Both the position numbers and the translations under genes were made by a program. Positions 38,561 to 48,202 of a stretch of DNA of 64,000 bases are shown here, one piece after another; within the stretch, counting starts at the first letter, position 1, and each line of letters opens with the position of its first letter. The stretch is from Myxococcales bacterium. Lineage in GTDB: Bacteria; Myxococcota_A; Polyangia; Polyangiales; DASUME01. The notes beneath the pieces are model-generated. The model saw only the letters and a program-made list of their open reading frames with translations. It was not told where the DNA came from and ran no database searches. Location: the NCBI GenBank assembly GCA_047601445.1, contig JASGJH010000001.1, positions 1,568,001 to 1,632,000 of the forward strand, in the 5' to 3' direction.

Positions 38561-39031
38561 TCAGTGGACGGGCGGGGGCGCCATGACGCAGTGCACGACC
38601 TTGGCCTGCTCGGCTTCGCAGAAGCCGGACTTGATCGCTGCGAGTCCCTGCTCGGTGCACTCCCAGTTCGCGGCGGGTTCACGCAGCATGCAGGCCGTAG
38701 CCGCCCGCATCTCCGCGTCACACAGTCCCTCGGTCATCGATGCCTTACAGACGGCCTCGCAGGTGGATGCCTTGGCGCACGCGAGCTCGGTGGAGCGCGT
38801 GCAGATGGCGGCGCAGGGAGAGTCTGCGCGCAGTTTGCCGGCCGGAGCAGGGCGCGGCGCTTCCTGCGCGGACGCGTCGACGCCTGGTGTGGGTGCGGGC
38901 TTGGCCGCTGCGGGATGTCCCGACCCGATGCCCTCGGCAGCCAGCAGCGGATTGGAAGGGGCCGGTGGATCACAGGCGAGGATGCTCGGAACCAGGAGCA
39001 TCGCCAACGCCAACATTCTCAGCTTCGACAT
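38561..39031 (-). CDS. Cys-rich lipoprotein
   Basis: MSKLRMLALAMLLVPSILAC lipobox, Pro/Ala linker, helical Cys-rich C-terminal domain. Confidence 0.75.
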   Translation of the reverse strand: MSKLRMLALAMLLVPSILACDPPAPSNPLLAAEGIGSGHPAAAKPAPTPGVDASAQEAPRPAPAGKLRADSPCAAICTRSTELACAKASTCEAVCKASMTEGLCDAEMRAATACMLREPAANWECTEQGLAAIKSGFCEAEQAKVVHCVMAPPPVH

Positions 39032-39167
39032 GGCCCCTACTCTACTCGACCTGGTGCGACCGGGCTCCCCTCGAAGCCTCCCGACGACTCCCCCATGCCT
39101 CCCGACGGACACGTCGGCGCCGCGCACGCGATGGCCGGGTGCGCTATGCACCCGGGCGGAGGCTCCC

Positions 39168-39806
39168 ATGAACACCACCGCAGTTCTCGGATGTCGTTGC
39201 GGCAAGGTGCGCGGCCATGTGGCCGACGCCGCGCCTGACCAGGTCAATCGCATGGTCTGCTATTGCGATGATTGCCAAGCCTATCTGCACTACTTGAAGC
39301 GCTCCGACTTGCTCGACGAGCACGGCGGCACGGACATCGTCCAGGTCGCGCCGGCGGCCCTGCGATTCGACCGCGGCGCCGAGCTCATCGTCGGCATGCG
39401 CCTGTCTCCCAAGGGTCTCTTCCGTTGGTATGCGAGCTGCTGCAACACGCCCGTGGGCAACTCGCTGACGCCGAAGATCCCCTTCGTGGGCATCGTGGCG
39501 AACAGCTTCGAAGATCCGGACCGGCACTTCGGAAAGCCCACTGGCGCGGTGCAAGGCAAGTTTGCCATCGGCGCACTGCCCGCAAGCGCCAACAAGACGC
39601 CGGTGGGTCTCTTGATCGGCGCCGTGCTCAAGGTGCTCGGCTGGCGTCTGCGCGGGAAGGCGTGGCCCCATCCGTTCTTCGCGCCTGGCTCGAACGAGCC
39701 GAGCCACCCCGTGCGCGTGATCGACAAGGCCGAGCGCGATGCTCTGCGCGCGTGGTGCGGCCCCAACCCGACCGCGGCGGCCGAGCCTCACGGCATGCCA
39801 GGCTGA
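39168..39806 (+). CDS. DUF6151 / GFA-like Zn-binding protein
   Basis: CRCGKVRG, VCYCDDCQAY, LDEHGGT, RLSPKGLFRWYASCCNTPVGN; GGAGG before ATG 39168. Confidence 0.85.
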   Translation: MNTTAVLGCRCGKVRGHVADAAPDQVNRMVCYCDDCQAYLHYLKRSDLLDEHGGTDIVQVAPAALRFDRGAELIVGMRLSPKGLFRWYASCCNTPVGNSLTPKIPFVGIVANSFEDPDRHFGKPTGAVQGKFAIGALPASANKTPVGLLIGAVLKVLGWRLRGKAWPHPFFAPGSNEPSHPVRVIDKAERDALRAWCGPNPTAAAEPHGMPG

Positions 39807-39870
39807 GCGGCCGGACCGCGGGTCCTCGTTGGCGCCCCGCTGGCCCCGGCGTGCTACACCGGCGGCCCCG

Positions 39871-40494
39871 ATGTCGGCACTCAAAGGTTCCCTGACTTAC
39901 GCGCGCTTCTTCGTCGAAGGCGAGCCGCCCAAGGACTTTCGCGAACGCTACATGAAGGCCATCCGCCTGCGCGTGATGAAGCCGCTCGTAGCCGACGAAG
40001 ACGCCCTCGAGCGCTCGGGCTGGTGCGCCATGGGCGACCCATTCGAGCTCGAACTCCGACACGACAACTGCTTCTACAACAACTTCATCAACCTCGGCCT
40101 GCGCACGGACCGCTGGGCCATCCCCAATACGTTGCTGAAGACCAAGACCCGCGAGGCGGAGCAGGCCTTTCTGGAGAAGAAGGGGCGCGAAAAGCTGTCC
40201 AAGCGCGAGCGGACCGAGCTCAAGGAGGTGGTCGCACGCAAGCTGCGTAAGCAGTTCGTGCCAGCCATGCGCGTGACCGACTTCTCATGGTCACTGGAGG
40301 AAGGCGTGGTCCGTTTCTTCAGTCAATCCGCCAAACCCGGGCTCGCCATGGGGGACCTCTTTCAGAAGACCTTCGGGCTCAAGCTGATCCCGGATGCGCC
40401 CTACACCCTGGCCGACCGACTCGGGCTCTCCAAGGGCGAAGAAAAGGCCTGGGACAGCCTCGAGGAGACCCAGCTCCTCACGCGGGAGGTCTGA
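39871..40494 (+). CDS. RdgC-like protein, N-terminal half
   Basis: SLTYARF, ERSGW, LR.DRWAIP..LLK, LSKRERTELKE...L resemble the RdgC N-terminal region. Confidence 0.7.
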   Translation: MSALKGSLTYARFFVEGEPPKDFRERYMKAIRLRVMKPLVADEDALERSGWCAMGDPFELELRHDNCFYNNFINLGLRTDRWAIPNTLLKTKTREAEQAFLEKKGREKLSKRERTELKEVVARKLRKQFVPAMRVTDFSWSLEEGVVRFFSQSAKPGLAMGDLFQKTFGLKLIPDAPYTLADRLGLSKGEEKAWDSLEETQLLTREV

Positions 40495-40495
40495 C

Positions 40496-41152
40496 GTGCA
40501 GCTCGTCGATCGCATCGAGAAGCGTCGCTTCGTGGGCCGAGAGTTCTTGCTTTGGCTCTGGTTCGAGTCCGAGATTCTGGAGGCGACCCTGAGCACGACC
40601 GAACATGGCCCCTTCGGGCTGTGGCTCGAGAAGCGGCTCGTCCTATCGGCCGGCAAGGTAAGCACCAAGATCAGCGCGCCCTCCCCGGGCTTGGGCCGCG
40701 AGGCCAAGGAGGCGCTGCTCGCCGGACAACTGCCGGAGAGCGCCGGCCTGCGCGTGGCCTGGAACGGCGACGAGACCAGCGTGACGTTCAAGGCGGAGCA
40801 GATGGCCCTCTCGGGGCTGAAGCTACAGACCGTGCTCGGCAAGGAAGAGAGCATCCAGAACACCTTGGTGGAGGACCTCAAGCCCAAGGCGAAGCCCAAG
40901 CAGCGCCGCGGCCGCGAGGCGCCCGACGAGATCGACGAGTCGCGCGAAGCCTTCTACGAGCGGATGCACATGACTCAAGCCTTCGAGGGACTCATCGAGG
41001 CCCTCTACCGCGATTTTCTCGATCTGCGCTTGAGCGGGAGCTGGGACGAGTCGGTGAAGCCGATGCTGCGCACCTGGGCCCAGGGCGGCAACGTGGACCC
41101 CGAACGCTACGCGCGCGTGAAGCGTCCTCGCAAGGGCGGTCGCTCGAGCTGA
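40496..41152 (+). CDS. RdgC-like protein, C-terminal half
   Basis: FVGREFLLWLWF, EAKEALLAGQLP, LSGLKL; own RBS GGGAGG and GTG start 1 nt after the upstream stop. Confidence 0.65.
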   Translation: MQLVDRIEKRRFVGREFLLWLWFESEILEATLSTTEHGPFGLWLEKRLVLSAGKVSTKISAPSPGLGREAKEALLAGQLPESAGLRVAWNGDETSVTFKAEQMALSGLKLQTVLGKEESIQNTLVEDLKPKAKPKQRRGREAPDEIDESREAFYERMHMTQAFEGLIEALYRDFLDLRLSGSWDESVKPMLRTWAQGGNVDPERYARVKRPRKGGRSS

Positions 41153-41183
41153 GGGCTCGCGCGGAGCCTGGCAGCCGAGCGGC

Positions 41184-42353
41184 TCAGGCAGCGCGCGGGC
41201 GCGCGCGAAACGGGACGGTACGCGAAGACTGACGCTGACCATCGGCAAACACGTCCACGGCGATACCCAAATCCCTCTCCACGCGCAGCACCACCCGGCC
41301 AAAATGCATCTCGGCCGCACGCCGAATCGCCTCTTGAGTGTCCACGATGAGCCAGCGTGCCACCGGCATGGTCACCATGCCCTGAGCTGCCCGGGGGCCC
41401 ACCTCCCAGGCAGCAGTCAACGGCACGCGTGCCGAGCGAGCTTCCACCTGCAAGAGGTTCACCGTGCTGACAATGAAGTCGCGCGCGCTCATCGAGTTCT
41501 TTTGGAGCACGTCACTGGCCAGACTGAAGGCAGCTGCGCCGCTCAGATACGCGGCCAGCGAGTCCGAGGCAGCGCGCAACAGGAGCTCCCCTTGGCTGGT
41601 GAAGATGCGCTTGGCGCCCAGCTCCACCTGCAGCCGCGCTGCGGTCTGGGACTGCACGAGGTCTTGGTGGAGCAAGGCGATGGTCTGCGCCTGCGGGTCC
41701 CGCTCCGCGCGCAACCTGCCGAAACGCTCCATCAGCGAGACCGCGTGAAGCTCCGCCTCGATACCGATGGCGGTCAGCGCGAACAGCGGCTGCAGGCGAT
41801 CGGCCAGCGCGGCTTCTTGCACGGCCAGGCACAGCGCGCCCGCCACATCGAGCTCCGGAGACAGCAAGGGAACTCCGTGGCACGTGTTCCGGTGGAACCC
41901 GCGGATGAAGTGCTCCCTGCCAGAGACCTCGACGTAGCGCGCCTCCGCGAGGGCCGTGCCCACACCGTTGGATCCGACGTACGCCTCGCCCAAGAGCGTC
42001 CCGCAGGCGAAGTGGCTGCCGGGGTCTTCGTGCCCCAGCACGCTCTCGCGGGAGTCCACCACCACACCATCGGGCGACGTCACCATCACGGTGTGCTCGC
42101 GCAGGCCCGCGGCGGATGACAGTGCCTCCAAGTAAGGTCGAGCAGCGGACGCGAAGGCGTAGTGGTCGCGCAGCACGCGCTCTGCATCGTGGACCGAAAG
42201 GTGCTTGGCGCCCGTCAGTTCCTTGTTGATGTGCAGGCGCTTCGAACGTTGCCACTGGCGGCTCAAATCGTCGCGACGCTGCTCCGCGGTGCGTTCCCCT
42301 TTGGAGTAGCTACGCCAGGGGACTCGTGCGCGTGCGTTGGCCGCGAGTTGCAT
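41184..42353 (-). CDS. GAF-domain (AcoR-type) protein with degenerate histidine-kinase-like C-terminus
   Basis: WQRS, GSNGVGTALAE.RYVEVSGREHF...CHGVPL; then coiled coil with LLHQDL; no recognisable N/G boxes. Start uncertain. Confidence 0.7.
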   Translation of the reverse strand: MQLAANARARVPWRSYSKGERTAEQRRDDLSRQWQRSKRLHINKELTGAKHLSVHDAERVLRDHYAFASAARPYLEALSSAAGLREHTVMVTSPDGVVVDSRESVLGHEDPGSHFACGTLLGEAYVGSNGVGTALAEARYVEVSGREHFIRGFHRNTCHGVPLLSPELDVAGALCLAVQEAALADRLQPLFALTAIGIEAELHAVSLMERFGRLRAERDPQAQTIALLHQDLVQSQTAARLQVELGAKRIFTSQGELLLRAASDSLAAYLSGAAAFSLASDVLQKNSMSARDFIVSTVNLLQVEARSARVPLTAAWEVGPRAAQGMVTMPVARWLIVDTQEAIRRAAEMHFGRVVLRVERDLGIAVDVFADGQRQSSRTVPFRARPRAA

Positions 42354-42612
42354 ACCCTGAATGTGGTTTAGTCCGCCTGAAGCTTCAAACCCGCATTCGT
42401 CCTTTGTCGAGCCTTTGTTGCAGCCAACCGGCGTGTTCCATGCGTGCTCGAGCGAGCGCTTGCGCGAAGTTCCGAGCCGTCCCGAGCAGAGAACATCAAC
42501 GCACCGAAGCTGGAACAGCGCCTCGTCGAAAGGTCGTCGAATACGCTGCCAGATCCCTCGTCGCGCGCTTGCTGCGTACGCATTGCGTCGCAGCTGGCCG
42601 TGCAACAGTGCG

Positions 42613-42621
42613 TGTTATAGT
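42613..42621 (+). promoter_or_regulatory. Extended -10 element upstream of the efflux operon
   Basis: TGTTATAGT (TGn + TATAGT) about 150 nt upstream of 42771. Confidence 0.4.
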
Positions 42622-42770
42622 GCGCAGACGTGTCGTTCTGCAGACGACACGCGGGGGGGGGACCTCGATTGCGGCACGAGTCGCGCTCGAGGTGCAGCGC
42701 CAGCTTCCCAAGCTGCCCCCGAATCTGCCTGTTCTGACTATCTCGTTGTCCCTCCAGGGGTACAGACCGC

Positions 42771-44375
42771 ATGCGCGGAGACGTCCACCATTTCGGTTCC
42801 TCGGGCGCCTTACTGGCCCGCGTAGCGCTCGCCGCCTTGCTGCTTTCGCTGGGAGCCTGTCCGGTCGGACCCAACTTCAAGAAGCCCGAAGTCGCGCTGA
42901 ATCCCGCCTGGAGTAAGAGTGGCGACACGCGCCTCTCCGCCCAGGCCAAGAGCGACGGTCGTTGGTGGCAAACCTTCCACGACCCGGTCCTCGATCACCT
43001 CATCGAGCTCGCCTATCGACAGAACCTGCCGCTACAGATCGCCGGTCTCCGCATCATGGAGGCGCGCGCTCGACTGGGCATCGCCAAGGGGAAACAGTTC
43101 CCGCAGGCGCAGGAGATCTTCGCCGGTGTGAGCGCGGTCGGCATCCCGGACTCCGTGGCCAGCGCAGTCGGTTTCAATCGCAACCTCGCGGCCTATCAGC
43201 TCGGCTTCGACGCCGCCTGGGAATTCGATCTGTGGGGAAAGTACCGGCGCGGCGTGCAGTCGGAGCTGGCCAATCTGATGGCGACCATGGCGGACTACTA
43301 CGGAGCCCTGGTCTCCCTGAACGCCGAGGTCGCACGCACCTACGCCGAGGTGCGCACCTACCAGACGCTCATCGAACTCGCCGAGCAGAACGTGGGCATT
43401 CAAGAGGACTCCCTGCGCATCGCCGAGTCCAGGTTCCGAAATGGCGCTACCTCCGAACTCGATGTGACCCAGGCGTCGAGCCTGCTCGAGAGCACGCGAG
43501 CCTCCATCCCGCAGTTGCGGGCCAGCCTGCAGCAGACCGAGAACGCCTTGAGCACCCTGCTCGGGCAGCCGACGGGTAGCGTGGACGGCTTGCTCGGCGA
43601 CGCGCACGAGATCCCCCAAGCCCCCTCGACGGTGTCGGTCAGCGTGCCCACCGAGATGCTGCGCAGGCGGCCGGACATCCGCAGCGCGGAGCTGATGGCC
43701 GAGGCTCAGTGCGCACGCATCGGCGTCGCCAAGTCCGAGCTCTATCCGAGTTTCTCGCTGGCGGGGGCCTTCGGCTTGTGGGGCAACACCACCGGCATCG
43801 GATCGCACAACCTGTTCTCCGCGGACAGCATCTTCTACTTCGTGGGACCACGGTTCAACTGGCCGGTCCTGAACTACGGTCGCCTGACCAACAACGTGCG
43901 CGTGGAGGACGCCCGCTTCCAGCAAGCCCTGGTCCACTATCGGGACACGGTGATCCGTGCGGCGCAGGAGGTGGAAGACGCGCTCAGCGGCTTCGTCCTC
44001 TCGCAAGACGCGCTGGGCGCCCTCGAACAATCCGTGAGCGCAGCGCAGCGCTCCCAGGAGATTGCGTCCGTGCAGTACCGGGAGGGAGCCGTGGACTTCC
44101 AACGAGTGCTGGATGCACAGCGCTTCCTCCTACAGCAACAGAATCGCCTGACCGAGCTGCGCTCCTCGGTCGCGACGAACCTGATCGCTCTGTACAAGGC
44201 GCTCGGCGGTGGATGGGAGTCGCGGATCGATCAGCCGGTGGTGCCCGAGCGCATGAAGAAGGAGATGGAGGACCGCACCAACTGGGGTGATCTCCTCTCC
44301 GAGCGTCCGCCCGCGCCGCGGAATCAGGTGCAACCAGCAGGCAGCACGGCGGCCACTGCGCCGCGGGGGAAATGA
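42771..44375 (+). CDS. NodT/TolC-family efflux outer-membrane lipoprotein
   Basis: LGACPVGPNF lipobox; WWQTFHDPVL, WEFDLWG, LRRRPDIRSAE, LYKALGGGW. Confidence 0.93.
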   Translation: MRGDVHHFGSSGALLARVALAALLLSLGACPVGPNFKKPEVALNPAWSKSGDTRLSAQAKSDGRWWQTFHDPVLDHLIELAYRQNLPLQIAGLRIMEARARLGIAKGKQFPQAQEIFAGVSAVGIPDSVASAVGFNRNLAAYQLGFDAAWEFDLWGKYRRGVQSELANLMATMADYYGALVSLNAEVARTYAEVRTYQTLIELAEQNVGIQEDSLRIAESRFRNGATSELDVTQASSLLESTRASIPQLRASLQQTENALSTLLGQPTGSVDGLLGDAHEIPQAPSTVSVSVPTEMLRRRPDIRSAELMAEAQCARIGVAKSELYPSFSLAGAFGLWGNTTGIGSHNLFSADSIFYFVGPRFNWPVLNYGRLTNNVRVEDARFQQALVHYRDTVIRAAQEVEDALSGFVLSQDALGALEQSVSAAQRSQEIASVQYREGAVDFQRVLDAQRFLLQQQNRLTELRSSVATNLIALYKALGGGWESRIDQPVVPERMKKEMEDRTNWGDLLSERPPAPRNQVQPAGSTAATAPRGK

Positions 44376-44378
44376 GTC

Positions 44379-45395
44379 GTGCCAGCAAAGCTCTCCAAGT
44401 CCACACTCCGACACATCTTGATCACGGTCGCCGTCCTCGGCGCGAGCTTGGCTGCGTTCCTGTACTGGCGCTCCAAGCGCGACGCGCTCCCGGAGGGAAT
44501 CATGTCGGGCAATGGTCGACTCGAGGCCAAGCTCGTCGACGTGGCTGCCAAGGAACCGCTGCGCGTGAAGGATATCCTGGTGGACGAAGGCGCTCTGGTG
44601 AAGCCCGGTCAGATACTCGCACACCTGGACACGGTCACCCTCGACGCTCAGCTCGCCGAGGCCAACGCCGGTGTGGCGGCGGCCCAGGAGCGCCTCGCGG
44701 TGGCCAAGGCATCCATCGTGAAGCAGGAGCAGGAGATCGATCTGGCGCAAATCGAGATGGACCGCTCAGGTCGCCTGGTGCAGGAGAGCGCGGGCTCGCA
44801 GCAGGACTTGGACGTACGCAAGACCAAGCTCGCCACCACCCAGGCCAGCCTCACCCAGGCCGACGCCATGCTCCGCACCGCCAACAAGCAGGTGGAGGTC
44901 GCGCAAGCCAACGCCAACACGGTGCAGACGCGCATCGACGACGCGACCCTCACCTCCCCGGTGACCGGTCGCGTGCTCTATCGACTCGCCGAGGCAGGCG
45001 AAGTGCTCGCAGCGGGCGGCAAAGCCCTCACGTTGGTGAACCTCGAGGACGTGTACATGGAGATCTTCCTGCCGTCCGAGCAGGCCTCCAAGCTCAAGAT
45101 CGGCTCCGAAGGCCGCATCGTGCTCGACTATGCGCCCGACCAAGCCATCGTCGGACACGTGAGCTTCGTGTCGCCTGAAGCTCAGTTCACGCCCAAGCAG
45201 GTGGAGACGCGCAGCGAACGCGAACGCCTGATGTTCCGCGTGAAGATCCAGCTCCCGAAGGAGCTCGCAAGCCGGTATGCGCTCGAGCTCAAGACGGGCG
45301 TGCGCGGCGTGGGCTACGTGCGGACGAATCCGAATCAACCGTGGCCGGCGAACCTTCAGAAGCTGGTCACCTTCCAACCACAAGCGGCCCGCTAG
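44379..45395 (+). CDS. HlyD-family membrane fusion protein (YhiI-like)
   Basis: N-terminal TM helix; SGNGRLEA, GEVLAAGG, AQFTPKQVET..ER.RLMFRVK. Confidence 0.92.
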   Translation: MPAKLSKSTLRHILITVAVLGASLAAFLYWRSKRDALPEGIMSGNGRLEAKLVDVAAKEPLRVKDILVDEGALVKPGQILAHLDTVTLDAQLAEANAGVAAAQERLAVAKASIVKQEQEIDLAQIEMDRSGRLVQESAGSQQDLDVRKTKLATTQASLTQADAMLRTANKQVEVAQANANTVQTRIDDATLTSPVTGRVLYRLAEAGEVLAAGGKALTLVNLEDVYMEIFLPSEQASKLKIGSEGRIVLDYAPDQAIVGHVSFVSPEAQFTPKQVETRSERERLMFRVKIQLPKELASRYALELKTGVRGVGYVRTNPNQPWPANLQKLVTFQPQAAR

Positions 45396-45415
45396 CCGCG
45401 GCGTGAGGTGCTTGC

Positions 45416-48202
45416 TTGGTCTCTCCAGCAGAAGACCTGCCGAGTGGTCGCGAGCGTGGTCCCGTCGTGATCACGCGCGGACTGACCCATCGCTATGGCA
45501 AAGTCACGGCCCTCGAGAACCTCTCCCTCAGCATCCCCAGCGGCATCATGGTGGGCGTGGTGGGGCCGGATGGCGTGGGAAAGTCCACATTGCTGGGCTT
45601 GATGGCAGGGGCCAAGAAGCTCCAGCACGGCGCGCTGCAGGTGCTCGACGGCGACATCGGTGACCCCGCCCATCGCAGACAGGTGGGGCCGCGCATCGCC
45701 TATATGCCTCAGGGGCTCGGCAAGAACCTCTATCTCGACTTGAGCGTCTACGACAACGTGGACTTCATGGCGCGCTTGTTCGGGCTCGATGAAAGCGAGC
45801 GCCGTGCCCGCATCGACGGCCTGCTCGATGCCACGGGGCTCGGACGCTTCGCCGGGCGTCCGGCGGGCAAGCTCTCGGGTGGCATGAAGCAGAAGGTCGG
45901 CCTTTGCGGAGCGCTCGTGCATGACCCGGACCTGCTGATCCTGGATGAGCCCACCACGGGCGTCGATCCGTTGTCGCGCCGCCAGTTCTGGACCCTGATC
46001 GACGATATCCGCGCGCAGCGCCCGGGCATGAGCGTGGTGATCTCCACGGCCTACATGGACGAAGCCCAGGCCTGGGACTGGATCGTCGCCATGGACGCGG
46101 GGCACGTGCTCGCCACCGGTAGCCCCCCCGAATTGATGCAGCGCACGGGCACGCGCGACCTGGAGCAGTGCTTCATCGCCCTCTTGCCTGAAGAGAAGCG
46201 CAAGGGGCACCGCGAGGTCAGCATCCCGCCGCTTTCGTCGCAGGACGCCGAGGTGGTGATCGAAGCGGACGGACTCACGAAGCGCTTCGGGGACTTCACG
46301 GCGGTCGACCACGTCACGCTGTCCATCAAGCGCGGCGAGATCTTCGGCTTCTTGGGGTCCAACGGGTGTGGGAAGTCCACGACCATGAAGATGCTCACTG
46401 GCCTGTTGCCGCCCACCGAGGGCAGCGCGCACCTGTTCGGAAGCGCGGTGGAGGCGGGCAGCATGGAGGTGCGCCGCAACATCGGCTACATGACGCAGGC
46501 GTTCTCCCTCTACGGCGAGCTCAGCGTGCGCCAGAACCTCGTGCTGCACGCGCGCCTCTATCACCTGCCGCCCGACGAGGCCAAGGCGCGCATTCAGGAG
46601 CTCGTGCAGCGCTTTGGGCTCGATCCGCACCTCGACGCCCTCTCCGATTCTTTGCCCATGGGCCTGCGCCAGCGGCTCTCCCTGGCGGTGGCGGTACTGC
46701 ACGGGCCGCAGATCCTGATCCTCGACGAGCCCACCTCGGGCGTAGATCCGGTGGCGCGCGACAGCTTCTGGGAGCTCTTGGTGGACCTATCGCGCAGTCA
46801 GGGTGTCACCATCTTCGTGACCACCCACTTCATGAACGAGGGCATGCGCTGCGACCGCATCTCCCTGATGCACGCGGGCAAGGTGCTGGCGGCCGACGCG
46901 CCGAATGCGCTGATCGCCCAGCGCGGAGCCGACAGCCTCGAGGAAGCCTTCATCGGGTACATGGAGGACGCCATCGCCGAGGCCGCACCTCCCGCGGCCG
47001 CGGCCAAGTCCGGGGCCCCGCTGGCGCCGGAGCCCACGCCAGCCAAGCAGCCTGGCCAGCCGAGCGCTACGGCCCTGCGGCTGCGCCGGCTGCTCGCCTA
47101 TACCGTCAACGAGACCAAGCAAATCTTGCGAGACCCCGTGCGCTTGGCCTTCGCGTTCGTGGGCTCGGCGCTGCTCATGCTGGTGTTCGGCTTCGGCATC
47201 ACCACCGACGTCGAGCACATCCGCTACGCGGAGCTGGACCTGGATCGCTCCCCGGAGAGCCGCATGTACCTGGAACAGTTCGCCGCTTCACCGCGCTACT
47301 TCACCAGGACCGCGCCGACCTCGTCGTCCGACGAGGCGCTACGCAGGCTGCAGTCCGACGACGTCTCGCTCGTGGTCGAGGTGCCGCCGAGCTTCGGAGC
47401 GGACTATCGGCGCGGATCGGAGCCCGAGGTGATGGCCCAGGTCGACGGCGCCATGACCTTCCGAGGCGACACGGTGGCGCAGTACGCCCAGGGCGTGCAT
47501 GCGAGCACGCTCGCGGACCCCGCGAGCGGACTCGGGTCGGAGGGCCCCACGAAGTACGTGGCCGACGTGGAAGAGCGCTACATGTACAACCCGACCTTCG
47601 AGAGCGTCTACTCCATCGTCCCGAGCGTGCCCGCCCTCCTGCTGCTGCTCATCCCGGCCATCCTGATGGCGGTGAGCATCGTGCGCGAGAAGGAGCTCGG
47701 CTCGATGATCAACTTCTACGTCACCCCCACCGGCAAGCTCGAATATCTGCTGGGGAAGCAGCTGCCCTACGTGGCCATCGGGACCCTCAACCTGTTGGCC
47801 CTCACCGCCATCGCGCTGCTCATCTTCCGGGTCCCCTTGAAGGGGAGCTTCCTGATGCTGGCGCTGTGCAGCTTGCTCTATGTCACCGCCACCACCGGCA
47901 TCGGCATGGTCATGTCCACCTTTACGAGCAGCCAGGTCGCCGCGGTGTTCGTGACCTCCATCGTGACCATCGTGCCGACCATCCAGTTCTCGGGCCTGTT
48001 GCAGCCCATCTCCACGCTCGAGGGCAGCGCGGCCGTGGTGGGCAAGCTCTGGCCGGCTTCCTACTACATGCACGCGAGTTTGGGCGCCTATACCAAGGGC
48101 CTCACGCCGAGCCTCATGCTGACGGACGTCTGGTTCCTGGCGGCCTGCATCCCCGTGTTGTTGGCCGTGAGCCTCGCCGGGCTGAAAAAGCAGGAGAAAT
48201 GA
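45416..48202 (+). CDS. rbbA: Ribosome-associated ATPase / ABC transporter with two NBDs and a permease domain
   Basis: GPDGVGKST, YMPQGLGKNLY, LSGGMKQK, GSNGCGKST, RDPVRL, REKELGSMINFYVTP; 928 aa. Confidence 0.92.
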   Translation: MVSPAEDLPSGRERGPVVITRGLTHRYGKVTALENLSLSIPSGIMVGVVGPDGVGKSTLLGLMAGAKKLQHGALQVLDGDIGDPAHRRQVGPRIAYMPQGLGKNLYLDLSVYDNVDFMARLFGLDESERRARIDGLLDATGLGRFAGRPAGKLSGGMKQKVGLCGALVHDPDLLILDEPTTGVDPLSRRQFWTLIDDIRAQRPGMSVVISTAYMDEAQAWDWIVAMDAGHVLATGSPPELMQRTGTRDLEQCFIALLPEEKRKGHREVSIPPLSSQDAEVVIEADGLTKRFGDFTAVDHVTLSIKRGEIFGFLGSNGCGKSTTMKMLTGLLPPTEGSAHLFGSAVEAGSMEVRRNIGYMTQAFSLYGELSVRQNLVLHARLYHLPPDEAKARIQELVQRFGLDPHLDALSDSLPMGLRQRLSLAVAVLHGPQILILDEPTSGVDPVARDSFWELLVDLSRSQGVTIFVTTHFMNEGMRCDRISLMHAGKVLAADAPNALIAQRGADSLEEAFIGYMEDAIAEAAPPAAAAKSGAPLAPEPTPAKQPGQPSATALRLRRLLAYTVNETKQILRDPVRLAFAFVGSALLMLVFGFGITTDVEHIRYAELDLDRSPESRMYLEQFAASPRYFTRTAPTSSSDEALRRLQSDDVSLVVEVPPSFGADYRRGSEPEVMAQVDGAMTFRGDTVAQYAQGVHASTLADPASGLGSEGPTKYVADVEERYMYNPTFESVYSIVPSVPALLLLLIPAILMAVSIVREKELGSMINFYVTPTGKLEYLLGKQLPYVAIGTLNLLALTAIALLIFRVPLKGSFLMLALCSLLYVTATTGIGMVMSTFTSSQVAAVFVTSIVTIVPTIQFSGLLQPISTLEGSAAVVGKLWPASYYMHASLGAYTKGLTPSLMLTDVWFLAACIPVLLAVSLAGLKKQEK

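Noticed and set aside
46366..48198. 985-aa ORF suggesting a giant permease
   Set aside because: Only the part from ATG 48199 is permease-like. The rest is an off-frame overlap with rbbA.
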